Assembly: GCF_002571385.2 (NCBI RefSeq)
Contig: NW_019217875.1
Coordinates: 512,520 to 576,519 of the forward strand
Source: Stylophora pistillata
Lineage: Eukaryota
Direction: 5' to 3'
Length of the DNA stretch: 64,000 nucleotides
Position 1 is the first letter of the stretch; each line of letters begins with the position of its first letter. The position numbers and the translations under genes were made by a program. This document shows positions 28,781 through 40,800 of this stretch, one piece after another. The notes beneath the pieces are model-generated. The model worked only from the letters and a program-made list of their open reading frames with translations, did not search any database and had not been told where the DNA came from.

Positions 28781-31700
28781 TCAAAGGAAATCTGATGATG
28801 GCAGCATACCAAGGTTCACCAAATGTCTCATGGTGGGCCGGCCGTGAGGACAATTCCACGGATGTTGAATTTCACCCATGTGACGGACAATCTTCTTCAT
28901 CTGAGCTTGATCCAATGCTGTTCCAACCATGATAGACATACGACATGCACGGCTCGCAAACATCTTCCTAACTCTTGAAGGTCTGCACATAACGCCGGGT
29001 GAATCACTCAGCATGAAAATCAGTTCTTCGATGTCCTCCACGCCGAACGTCCAGTTCTTGCTCATGGGAAGCGAAATTAGTTTAACCTTCCGCATCGCTT
29101 CGGCATTTTCATCAATTTCAAATTCGAATCCATTCTTTCGAAATATTTCCACGTTGTCCATGAGGATGGCTTCGTTAGAAGCAGTTAGTTCAAGTTTCTG
29201 TGGAACAATAAGCCGTTGCGACCTGATTATGGTATTGCGCTGCTGATCTTCGAAGTTATACTTCTCATCCGATGCGTGCTGGTCGATTATAAACAAATCA
29301 TTGTCCAGTTTAGCAACGATAAAACCCAAATTAAATTGACCAAGAATTTCCATCCGTTTGAACATGTCTTTGCTAATATTCTTTCTCAGCTCTGTCTCTG
29401 CACTTGAATTACTCTCGGGAGCAATCTTGGCTCTGAACAAGCGAGCTTCAACTTCCCTTGCTTTCCTTCGCTGTGGTTTCTTGGCATTAGACAACAGATC
29501 ATCCATACTGAAGTTAACTGTGCTTTCCTTCCTGTCTGTAAATGAGCCCGAAACTTCACCTTGTTTTGAACTTAAAGCCTTTGGACGGTTAGGAGTTAAA
29601 GTTATCACCTTCATGGCGTAATCTCCGCTGTCCACATTTTCTTTAGGGAATTGATTTTCCGTCTGAGGTTCTGGATCATCCTGGTTGTTTTCTCCAGATT
29701 CGCTCGCAAAACTTAAACTTTGGAAAGAAGCAGGACATCTTGAACTGCTCTCTTCAACGGTATTATCATCTAAAACAGTCTCTCCGTTAAGTATGTCCCT
29801 TACCTCACTCCTACTGCTTATCACCCTTAATATACTGTCGCTTTCACTCTGTACTGAGCGGTCCTCGCCATTATGATCAAGGACATACTCCTCATCCACA
29901 AAGTTCTTTGAGTCTAGTTTGTGCTGAACTTCAATAACATCTTCGCTAATTCTGCAATCTTCCATGAGTTCTTCATTATCTCCCTGGCCGTTAATGACAG
30001 TTGTTTGTTTCCTTTCAGATCGTGGTCTCACTTTGTGGCTTTGATTCGACAAACCACCAACCCGAGAAAACATAGAAGTAAGCCTTGCTTGCTTACTACT
30101 GGGTTCTTTCGGTTTTTTCGTGACATATTCATCAACAACTGTGAATTTTCTCTTAAAACCACTGAGAGAAGGAAACCCTCCTCTCTCCTCAGACACACCA
30201 GGTCTAGCTGTCAACGTAGGCTGAACAGAGCGTGATACTTCGACAACTTCATTGACTGTAGAGTTCAAAGCTTTCTGATTCTGAAGTTCCTCTTTCTCTG
30301 GGAAATTGACACCATTACCCTCTTTTGCTGCGAAGGTTTCAGACAATTTGATTTGCTTCAGAGGTTTTTGATTGACATCGAAAGAAGCTGTACAAGGGTC
30401 AAACATTCTCTTCAAGGATGACTTCATTGTGGCTAGGAGCACCTTCTCCTCCTGGACAAAAACCTGACGTTTGTCTGGAGTCACATTGACGTCCACTCCA
30501 TCTGTAAGAAAATTCTATCAACACATATAATTATAGCCTAAAAGCAGGCACTCATCAGCGCTGTGACTAGAGCGGCGAAGCCCACGAGAACGGAACGAGC
30601 GTGCGAGAGTTCTGTGTAGGGTTGAGCAGGAGAAATATTACACGAGCTTCGCCAATCGTGTCACGAAGCCAACGAGAGCCTGTTATGGGTAAATATGATT
30701 TTAATAAATGTTATCCTGTGATCAAAACTAAGGTCAGTTTTAAGCTCCTACTTCCTCTCGCATAACTCTAATCTGCAACTTTCATCTCCATTTGAGTGAA
30801 GAATTTCCCTGTACGCTTAAAAAACCCATGCACTTCGCATCTCGTCTAGTAAGGGGAATAAAAGAAACCAAGACACCGAAACGTTTTGAGATTCTAAACA
30901 GTTATCCATCCTTTCGAAAATCGTCTTCAAAAACGTGCTAACTGAAAAAACTAGTTTGGACCCGGCCATTTGGAATCTTGAGTTGATTGATATGTGACGA
31001 AAAAAATCTTACTTCTCTCTCTCTCTTTTTATTTTTTTTTTTTCCTTTTCATCTTTTGGAGATTATTTTTGAACAATATAGAGCCACACAAAAAAGGGAT
31101 TCTTTCTAAAATGATGATTTTTGGGATAATCAGAGCAGTTGCTAATCGTGAACCGCGCCTTGAGGCCGTCCCATCCTTCCTTCGCAATTTCATGCGTGCT
31201 AGGCCTGGTCACTAGGTCGTTTTCAAAATGGCAGTGTTCATATCCTCTCCATGGCCATATCTTGAAATGCACCTATTTTCTCAATAAATTCCGCAATAAA
31301 AGTTGTAGCTTACACAAAAAGAGAAGGCTCACAACTGTTGATTTATTACATGATAATATACATGTAGGAGGTTGACGCAATACCAGACGAAGACATCAAT
31401 AACAACAATACACTTAATAATAACAATTCTAATTAAGATGATGACAATGACGCCGATAACTATGATGATGAGGATAAGGAGCAACTTCAGAACACCAGGA
31501 CACTTTTGATGTTATGAAGTGATTGCTCCCGCGCTTCCGAAGTCCAAGAATAAGCAGAAGAGAGAGCAGTTAAAAACTACTGCTCCCGCAGTCCCGCGCT
31601 CCAGTAGTGGAAGAATGATTAAAAGACAGGGCCGTTGAACTAGTGCTTCCGCAGTACCGCGCTCCAGAAGTCGACCGAGAGTTATTTCATTTTTATGCAT

Positions 31701-34700
31701 GACTTAAATCAGTGATTTCATTTTGAATTACACTTCAAGAACAAGGAATACCAAGATATAACTTTTAATGCATTTTGAATTTCGGTTTATGAACGAAGAT
31801 TTGGCTGTTTCGGCTCACTCGCCGAAGGTCACTAGGTCGTTTTCCTGGTTCATTTTCAAGCTCACTCACTCGAACGAAGATTTGACTGTTTCGGCTCACT
31901 CGCCGGTGAAGTCGAAATGCTCAGAAACCGCATGGTATGCGTGTTTGTCAGTGTACATCGTTTGGTCACTCTACAGAACGAGGTATACGTGTATGTATGC
32001 GCATTTGTTGATTTTCCCAGCTACCCACTACCCATGTATACATTTTTTTTTAATAAGTCGATCACGGGACTGCGGAAGCAGCAATTGAATTTGGCGACTT
32101 CGGGAGCAGCTATTTAAAGACGCATATTAAGTGGCGGGGTATTCTTTCGTACTCATTGCACAGCTAATAGAAGCTGTATCCAGTGGACACATACCAAGGG
32201 TCCCTTTGAGGTTTCTCAGTATTACCTGTGCTCACAGTGCAATGATTGTTGCGATTAGAACTCACCTCTTGCAAGGGAAATATCCAGCATCACAAAAGGA
32301 TATTGATGTCTGTTGTAAGTGTGGTAGACCTCATTGATGACCCTGACAACTTTGGACAGTTCACAGGGTCTTTTGTTAATGTACAAAAACTGACGATCGG
32401 CACTGCTACGTCCCATGCCGTGATCTGGTTTTGAAATATAGCCTGTGATATGGAAAGGACTGTTCTGTGGGTCAGTTTTTACTACATCAAGGCCAACTTC
32501 AGTGCAATCCTCCTCATTTGGCACTGATTGCTCAAAAGCCATTATAGTTTGTACCTAAGAGAATGAAAATTCCATCCTTAAATCAAAGTAAGATAAGTAC
32601 CGTTTCCAGATAAGTGTCGGAGACAATTCAGGACTGTGCTACCTTGGTTCACTACAGTTTTTGATTGGTTCAAAAATAATTTGCACCTTTTTCTCAACCA
32701 ATCAGAAACAAACAAAACAGAAGCCAACCATGACTTGAGCACTCAAATTTTTCGGAGTCCAAGGGTGGTTATTTGCATTTACTTCAAGTTCTTACTGAGT
32801 CCTGAGATTTGCCCCCAATCTAATCAGTTATTGTGATTGTTTAGCAGTATAATTATTGGGTTTTGCTTTTGCAACAATAAATCAAAAAGTACCCTATGGA
32901 GGCAACAACAGGTAAACATGGGTCACAGAAGGCTTAAAAACCACAAAAAGATGATCTTTAGAAATAGATATTATTACTGCCTAAGTGAGTGTGAGAACTT
33001 CTTCAATGTCAGATCTACAAGGATGCACTGGGTTGAATGTACCTCAGTGTCATCATTGGTTTCAAAGAGAGAAGAAATTGTGCTTGGGTGTGAAGGTATC
33101 AAAGCAAAAGGGTTGACAATGGGAAAGCATGTAAGAGCAACTGATTTGAGTAGTATGCATGAGGGCTTCTGGAGTGTGAAATCTCCAGGAACTTGCCAAT
33201 TCTAGTGTATCAAAATGTTATGGCACCAAGATGAGATAATAACACGCCTGGGTGTGAAGGTATCTAGGTAGGACAGATGGTCACTTGAAGGTGTGTGCAA
33301 TCATCTAGCTGTGATTTTACCACTTGAGAGATCAGGGGGTACTCAAAGTAGCCTTGGCTGATGTATCAGATAGCAGAAGGGTCAATGATCTGTTGAAATA
33401 TCTGTGGATAGTCATTTTATATTCTTGAATAGAGAGGAGAGTCACCAATAACCACCACATAGAAACAGCTGGTACACAAGGTTCACCAAAACTGTTTATC
33501 ATTCAGAGAAGTCACTGTAGCTAATAAGTCAGTTACATGTAATAGTTAGTCAAGGCCACCTAAAGTACAATGTCATGAATGATGTTTTTCATGAGGGTAC
33601 ACCAAGGCCATAAGAAAACTAACATAACGGTTCCTTGGTGTTGAAATACACTCTGGTTTGCTACCACCTGTGAAGAGGAACAGTGGATATGAAGTCAAAT
33701 TACTACATTGATGTACAAATTAAGCCAGAAAGGTACAATTCTTATGGACAGAAGAATTTTTGTGATAGTCTCACAATATCTCAGTGTCAAACTCTGCATT
33801 TGGAGCTTTATTTGAGGAGATAACACAAGTTACCAAGCTGTACTATACTACTCAGGGCAATGCACACTTCACATACCTGCTTTGGTCCAAAGACACAGGT
33901 TATGTTATCCTTCACTTGGTCACTTCCATTTGTTGACACGGTTGTTGTCTTTTTTCCCTTTTCCACTTGATTACTGCACATTATCCTCACACCTGTACTA
34001 ACAAGACAGTATCCCTGTAGGACATGTGCTAGTTTTGAGAACTCCCTTTTGATGTTCCTCAGAAACTCTCTGTGGCGAACAGGTAAAGTTGAAAAAATGT
34101 TTTCTAACAACACTGTAGTGCCAACATCCCTGGCACAAGGGTTCTTGGAGAGCAGTTTTCCATTGTGATCATATTCTAGTCTTGTTGCCACAGTTTGGGA
34201 TGAGTGATGTGTTACTATTGTAAGTTTGCTGCAGAGAGAGGAATACTTTAGATGATTTGAAGGGCCTGTGCTTTGCAAAAATATGGTATCATTTACACAT
34301 TACCCAGCTCTTAGATCACCCAAATAGCAAAAAATTCACTTGTAACTGTGACCTCTAAGGTATTCTTCTAATAAAGCCCCATACCAGGTAGATTAAGGTA
34401 CTAGTCTTAATGAAACTGTTTTTTATCTTACTTTTTTTTGTTACAAAACAGCATAATAAGGAATACACTACAGTATAGAAACAAAATAAAATACTACAAA
34501 AAACTACATTGCACTTATACTAGAATGAAACAAGGAAAAAAATTACAAAGCTACATTTCACATTCATTTACTACATCACATTAAGTAAACATTAGGCACA
34601 TAGGGTCAAGATTACAACATTCAAGGTAAAAAAAAAATTATTTTTGCTGTTGGTGTGTATTGGTGTGACTAACATGATTGATATTAGTCATATTACTTAT

Positions 34701-35342
34701 CATCATATTGACCAAACTATGTGATCAAAAGATCCCATTTTTTGATATCACCGATCCATACTGCCCCACCCCACCCCCATTCCCTCACCCTCCCCCCATT
34801 CCTCTTGACTGCACTCCATCCCACCCTTCTTGGTACAATCACCCGCACTTTCATGGCAAAAAAATTGGTCATTGACCTTTCAAATGGTGCTAGTGACGAA
34901 ACTACAGATACATTGCGACCCTATCTCCATCACTCAGCTGTGAGGAACATTAAATAACCAATCTACTTTCCCGCCCAAACCCAACAGCGTCCCTTTACAC
35001 ATACCTCAGCGCACACAGAGAGCTTAGTGCCTCTCCTCTGAAACCAAACGTTTCCACGCTTGCGAGATCGGAAAAATCTTTAAGTTTCGAAGTATGGTGC
35101 TTCAAAGTCAACGCTTCAAAATTGTGGGGCTCTACCCCACAGCCATTGTCGATCACCTCTAACACATCAGCGCCATGGTTTCGTAGCTTGATTTCGATGT
35201 TGGTGGCTCCAGCATCCAAGCTATTTTCAACAAGCTCTTTCATTGCAGTTGCAATACTCAATACAACCTGACCAGAGCAAATCTGGTGAATAGATTTCTG
35301 ATCGATCGCTTGGACAACTGGAGATGAAGATATAGCCGCCAT
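28781..35342 (-). CDS. PMS2: Mismatch repair endonuclease PMS2 (MutL-alpha subunit), about 899 aa, 4 exons
   Basis: Exons 35342-35005, 34228-33877, 32554-32266, 30501-28781 (2700 nt). GHKL ATPase motifs [27 protein letters not shown]; HQICSGQVV; [10 protein letters not shown]; endonuclease motifs [27 protein letters not shown]. Confidence 0.97.
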
Positions 35343-35438
35343 TTTGATCGAACTTCTTACGAAAACTTCTCCGGAAACCTTCGGAATAGATCGGACATAT
35401 CCGTTAAGCCCTGCCACTCCCGGGGGTTAGTACTGATC
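35343..35438. promoter_or_regulatory. Very compact bidirectional promoter PMS2 / NECAB
   Basis: 96 bp between divergent ATGs. CCGGAA (ETS-like core) at 35371; YY1 consensus CAAAATGGCGGC on the minus strand at 35346-35335 overlaps the PMS2 ATG. Confidence 0.7.
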
Positions 35439-37847
35439 ATGGCGGGAATGGCAGGAGAACAACCTCCAGGAAGATCAATTTTTTTGGACGTATGTGTTCT
35501 GTTTGCAGTCCTTCTCGTTCGATATGTCTATTGATATTAAATCAGAGCTTTTTGTTTTCTCCTGCAGGTGTTTCGAAGAGCAGATAAAACCGGTGAGTGG
35601 TTTTATTTTTCATGCTAACTTTTGTTCGAAAATTTACTTAAGTTATTGTTGATTTCATTTTATATTGGAGGTAATTTCCGGTCGAATTAACAATTTCGGG
35701 AGGTAGCTTATTCAGTTATGCACTTTAACAGACAATTAATCTGCTACTGACTCGTTTATGAAACAGATGATGGTGCTCTGTCTCTGGAAGAGTTCAAGGC
35801 ATTCTTCAGCGATGGAATCTTGTCGAACAAAGATTTGGAAAAGTTATTTCATGACATTGATACACACAATACAAAGTACGTAAGGGTAAGATATAGATTT
35901 AGCCAAGCCTAAAAGCGTAGCTCCCAAGTTCGCAATATTAATGATAACATAAAAGATGTGCGGAAAGAGTTCCATATAACCCCATACATTAATTATGCAT
36001 TCCATTTCATAAAGACTAAATATAAAGGTTTCTTTGCAACACTCTATGCATAATTAATGTATGGGGTTATATAGAACTCTTGCCAAGATGTGCATTTGCC
36101 AAGACTTGCCTGAGTCGCCTATCCGTTCGTTTTGATAGTCTCCCCTACCCTACCTGTGCAATCTGAAGGCAGGTGCGTATGTACGTACGTACGCTCAGTT
36201 ACGTGACAACCAAACGAAAAGAGGCTGACCATATTCCATGGGTATGGGGCTCTACCCCAGGTGCGCTTCACACACGCGGGAGCCCTGCTATGATCTGTAG
36301 ATGCAAAGGTAAATAGGCCTTTAAGCCGTCCTCCTGTATTTATTGAACATTGAAGGCCCCTTGCTGCTCGTGATTAATATCAGGACATTATTTTAAAAGG
36401 ATTCACTGTGACACATTAGCTGAACGTCATGCTTCATGCAAACAATATTCTTAATTATGCAAATTCATGTACAAAGTACAACAAAGCCAATCATTACATA
36501 TAGGCATAGAAGCTGTAGAAATTGCATAGTCTCTGCAACCCATATGCAGACATAAGAAATACCTGGTAAACTGCTATTTTCTAGTCCTTTTTGGTGTTCT
36601 CTGCTGTAAGTAAACATTATGTTTTCTACAACCAATATTTCAAAATCTGCAAGCAAGGTCCATAAACAAATAACAGAACACATTAGTAGCAATCTTAGCT
36701 CTTGATTAGGTACTTCCACATAATTTATTGTTATTATTATTATTATTTTTTTTTTTTTAAACCTCAGAAATAGATTTGCCTTTGATGGCTTCACAATTTT
36801 CAGGGTTTGATTAATTGAAACAACTGGTCTTCAGCCATGAATACTTAACAGCATCAAGTACAATAAAATAAATGTTCAGTTGCAAAATATACCCATACCC
36901 ACCCTGAGTATAGTACTTACAGTCCAATCCTCTGGCCTCTGGAAATTCTGCTTTTGCTTCACACTTTCTTACAAATTTGACTTGTTCTTTATATTGAGCC
37001 TTACTCTTCCTTTAAAAATTTCTTGCGACCTCTTTTAGAGTGCCACAGCTGTATTATTATTATAGTGTTAATCAAAACTGTAACAAAATCTTGAGCGTGA
37101 TTGGTTATTACGAGCTGGATATAATAATAATGATCACTTTTATTTATATAGTGCTCATATCCTGAGCTCATGGCACTTTACCACACTGTGCGGGGGAATT
37201 TTACCAGACTGCTAAGCAGTTTACAATCAAATAAAGGCGAATCTAACAGATGCCCCCTCCCCCCAGTTCCCAGTAAACAGGCCAGACCACATGAATGATT
37301 GAATGAATTCCTTATTTATATTGCACCCTTTCTATACATTATTGAAGGGCACAGTACCCCCCATCAATTTGATAGACACTACACAAAGATAGACCACAAC
37401 ACCGGGCACTATGTGCCCTACTCTTTTTGAACAGTGTGTGAGTTCTTTATTGTCCCACAAATTTTTTTTTATCACATACAAGGGCTGGTGAGACGGGACC
37501 TCCATTTATCATCCCTATCCGAGAAGACTAGAAAGTCTAACCATTTGCAGATATTATTACAAAGGCAGCACTTTCTTCTCAGTTAATTAAAGACCCTGAG
37601 TGTTGGTCCGGCCGGATTTGAACTCACGACCTCCTGCACAACAGTCCTGTGCTCTACCAATTGAGCTAACCCGGAGGCAGTTAGCTCAATTGATAACAGT
37701 AATCTCATGAGTGAGTTCTTTAACATCCCCTGCCTAACCAAATTAACTAATTAATAGATGCAGGAGACGGGACCTATGGTTTATTCATCCTTATCCGAGA
37801 AGACTAGAATGTCTATCCATTTCTTGATGTTATAGAAAGTTAGCACA

Positions 37848-37880
<33 letters not shown>

Positions 37881-40800
37881 ATCCAGCCGGGGCTTGAACC
37901 CTCGACCTCCCGCACAACAGTCCAGCGCTTAACCAATTGAGCACTACAGACTGAATTAAACTCCACTCAGTCCTGTTACCATTAGAAACTGAGAAGTGTT
38001 CAATTTCACAATTATGTTACAATTCTGTTTTAAAACAAGGCATTAATTTTGTTGTTTCAGTAATTTGGATACTTCTGAGTTATGTGGTAAGTATTCCACC
38101 AAATGTCATAGCTTAAATAACATTGAAATTGGAATTTTGTTAGATAATTGTATTTTTAATCCAAAAATGTTTGGCTATTATATTGTATGGATATGGATGT
38201 TATGCTTGCCTTTGTTGAAAGGACAACTCTGTAATATAACATAAAAATTGGCTTCTTAACTCTCAAGCCCTTTACACCCTGATATTAGTATACGTAATCT
38301 CCACACTGTTTTCTCTACATTTCCTAAGGTGCAGAGAATGCGAATTTATTGAAAAAATCAAGAGTTTCCTTAGTTGTTGATGATTTACCCAGGGTGTCAA
38401 GTTCCTATTTTTTCCTATTTTTGGCCTGCCTCCTATTTTCTCCTATTTTTTCATGAAATTCCTGGTTCCTATTTTTTTAGGGTTTTACTGGGTACACAGA
38501 AACATTTTGAAATATTTGAAATAAATCTGCAAATGAAATTGATAAATTCTACAAAAAACTGAAACTTCATGTCAGAAAAGACCAGTTTGAAGCCTTTGAG
38601 TGATTTTCTTCTGAAACTAGTGCCCAGACTTTCTCAGTGCTTTTGATAACATGCAAGGTATTCTGGGAGGTTCATTTGCATGTATGTGCATTTGCCATGT
38701 TGAAGTGGGGCTGCAATGCATTATGGATGTATTTCATGGTCCCTGTTAAATATTAAACCATTTGGTTGTGGAACAGAGTTTCTGTTGGGAGTGTTAAGAG
38801 GATAGAACTCAAAGAAATCCTCCTTTTTAATTCCTATTTTGGGGTGAGAATTCCTATTCATTTCCTATGTTTTGGCCACTGTCATTCCTATTTTCTAAGT
38901 GTCATTTGTCACTTGACACCCTGTTTACCTTATTTTGGTGACCATAATGGTTGATACAGGGGTGATATTGTGAGCGGAACCAGGTGCTATAGTCCCTCTT
39001 AGCAGTCAAAAGGCAAAGAGTGACTAGCTTCTAACTTCTCCATACATTCTCACCCCTGAATAAAACACCAAGGCAGGGCTTGGTGGCCCCTGATGCCTTC
39101 CTTTTGCTCTTGGGCAACTCAGGAATCTTAGTTTTTTCATAAAAAAGGATATGCTGGGCACCCTGGATTTCACAATTTCAGAGCACTGGGCTCCCTTCAA
39201 TTTTTTCTTAGCGAAGCACTGCCTTCAGCAAGGTCACAAGAACAAAGAAAACCATCATCAACTTAAAAACCCCTTGATTATTAAACAAATTGTCTGTCAG
39301 TGCCGTTGGAAATATATAAAGAAAATTATGGAGAAGATGCATATCAATCATTTGATATAGAGGGAAAAGTGTCTTTTAAGTGATCATTGTATTTATTCTG
39401 ATTTTTTTTCCACACAAGAAGGGAGCCAGGAGTCATTTATTTACATGTATAGAAAAGAATAACCTCTAGACCTTCTGTTTTTGAGAGGTGTCCATATTTA
39501 CCCTATCTAGATTACTTCATGAAAGAAATGGGACCTTTCTCTCAGATCTTTGCTAATCTGGAGAGCATGAACACGGCTGTCAGTAATGCTTTAATCGAGT
39601 CTGCAAAGGTTGGTGCGATTACATATTATCTTATTAACCAAGCATGAGGGCTGTACTGGGAGAATATTGGCCTGAGGTCTTGACAGTACGGACCGAGCAA
39701 AGCGATGTCCGTACAAAAAAATACCGAGGGCCGATATTCCAGTACGGTCCCGAGCAAGCTTGGTTAATAAGAGATTTATTATACGACTGAAGTTCAAAGG
39801 CACACAAGTGAGGTATCATTCGGGACCATTCGGGACAGTGCCCAGTCCAATACTTGAGAATATTGACCGGCAATAGAGCATTTTGATTGGTTGATTTTAG
39901 TTATTTGCCCTCTGACTGCCCGAGTCGTGTAATAATACAGGGCATTAAATTTTTCAGAAATGCCCTCCTCTGTAATCAATACTTAACTAAAAAAGTATGT
40001 AATTTGGTAAACATAAATTAGGCAAATAGCAAACACGATATTCTGGCCATTTTTGGGACAAGGTAACTGCCTTCCTGAACATTTTAAGTCAGTCTGATGT
40101 TTTGAAAAAAATTGTTGTGGTCAGTGGTTATGAGGTCGATCTTTGACTTTCCTAGCTTAAATATACTTAAAACTGATTGAAATGATTCTTTTGCTATAGG
40201 CGTATCCTGACAAGTCCTTTATTGGAAAGTTTACCACTCGCTTCCTATTGAGTGAGGTAAGTAAGCCATGACATAACATATTTGTACTCTCAAACCTCAC
40301 TTTAAAACTGGTTTTTAAATTTCAACATTGAGGTACATAAATGTACCAGTCTGTAAGAATTTTTAGAATAAATAAACTACCTGAAAGACACAGTGACTAA
40401 TTATTGACTTCAAAAATTAGTTGCTCCATTGTACAAATTTCTTAGCAGATGACACAGCTGTGTTTGTGCATATGAGATGAACTTCTTTGCTATGAATACT
40501 GTGACTGAAGTTCACATGTGTCTGCTCTACAACTGTGTAGATTCAGGGACAGATGGGTTGTCTGGCACATCACATCAATGCTGCAGTGGACAAGATTGAT
40601 GAGGAAGAAGCACAGCAAAGGTGATCATTCCTTGGAAATTAAATCACAGGCTCTGGATTACCTAGTATACCTGATTTGTTATTCAGTAGATCACTTTGTG
40701 TAATTTCTTGGTCAACACTGTCGGCAATGCTGTGCTCTGAGAAAAAATGGCAGCTAGTGTGCCTGAAGGCTCTTGAGAAATATGGGGTGCCTAGCTCTAA

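Noticed and set aside
28929-30235. Plus-strand ORFs over PMS2 exon 4
   Set aside because: Antisense shadows of the real coding exon.
32980-33650. Possible decayed retroelement in PMS2 intron 2
   Set aside because: Only a short internal repeat (TGGGTGTGAAGGTATC twice); no convincing protein motif.
35343-35417. N-terminal extension of PMS2 in the ORF track
   Set aside because: It starts at a non-ATG codon; homology and Kozak context start at ATG 35342.
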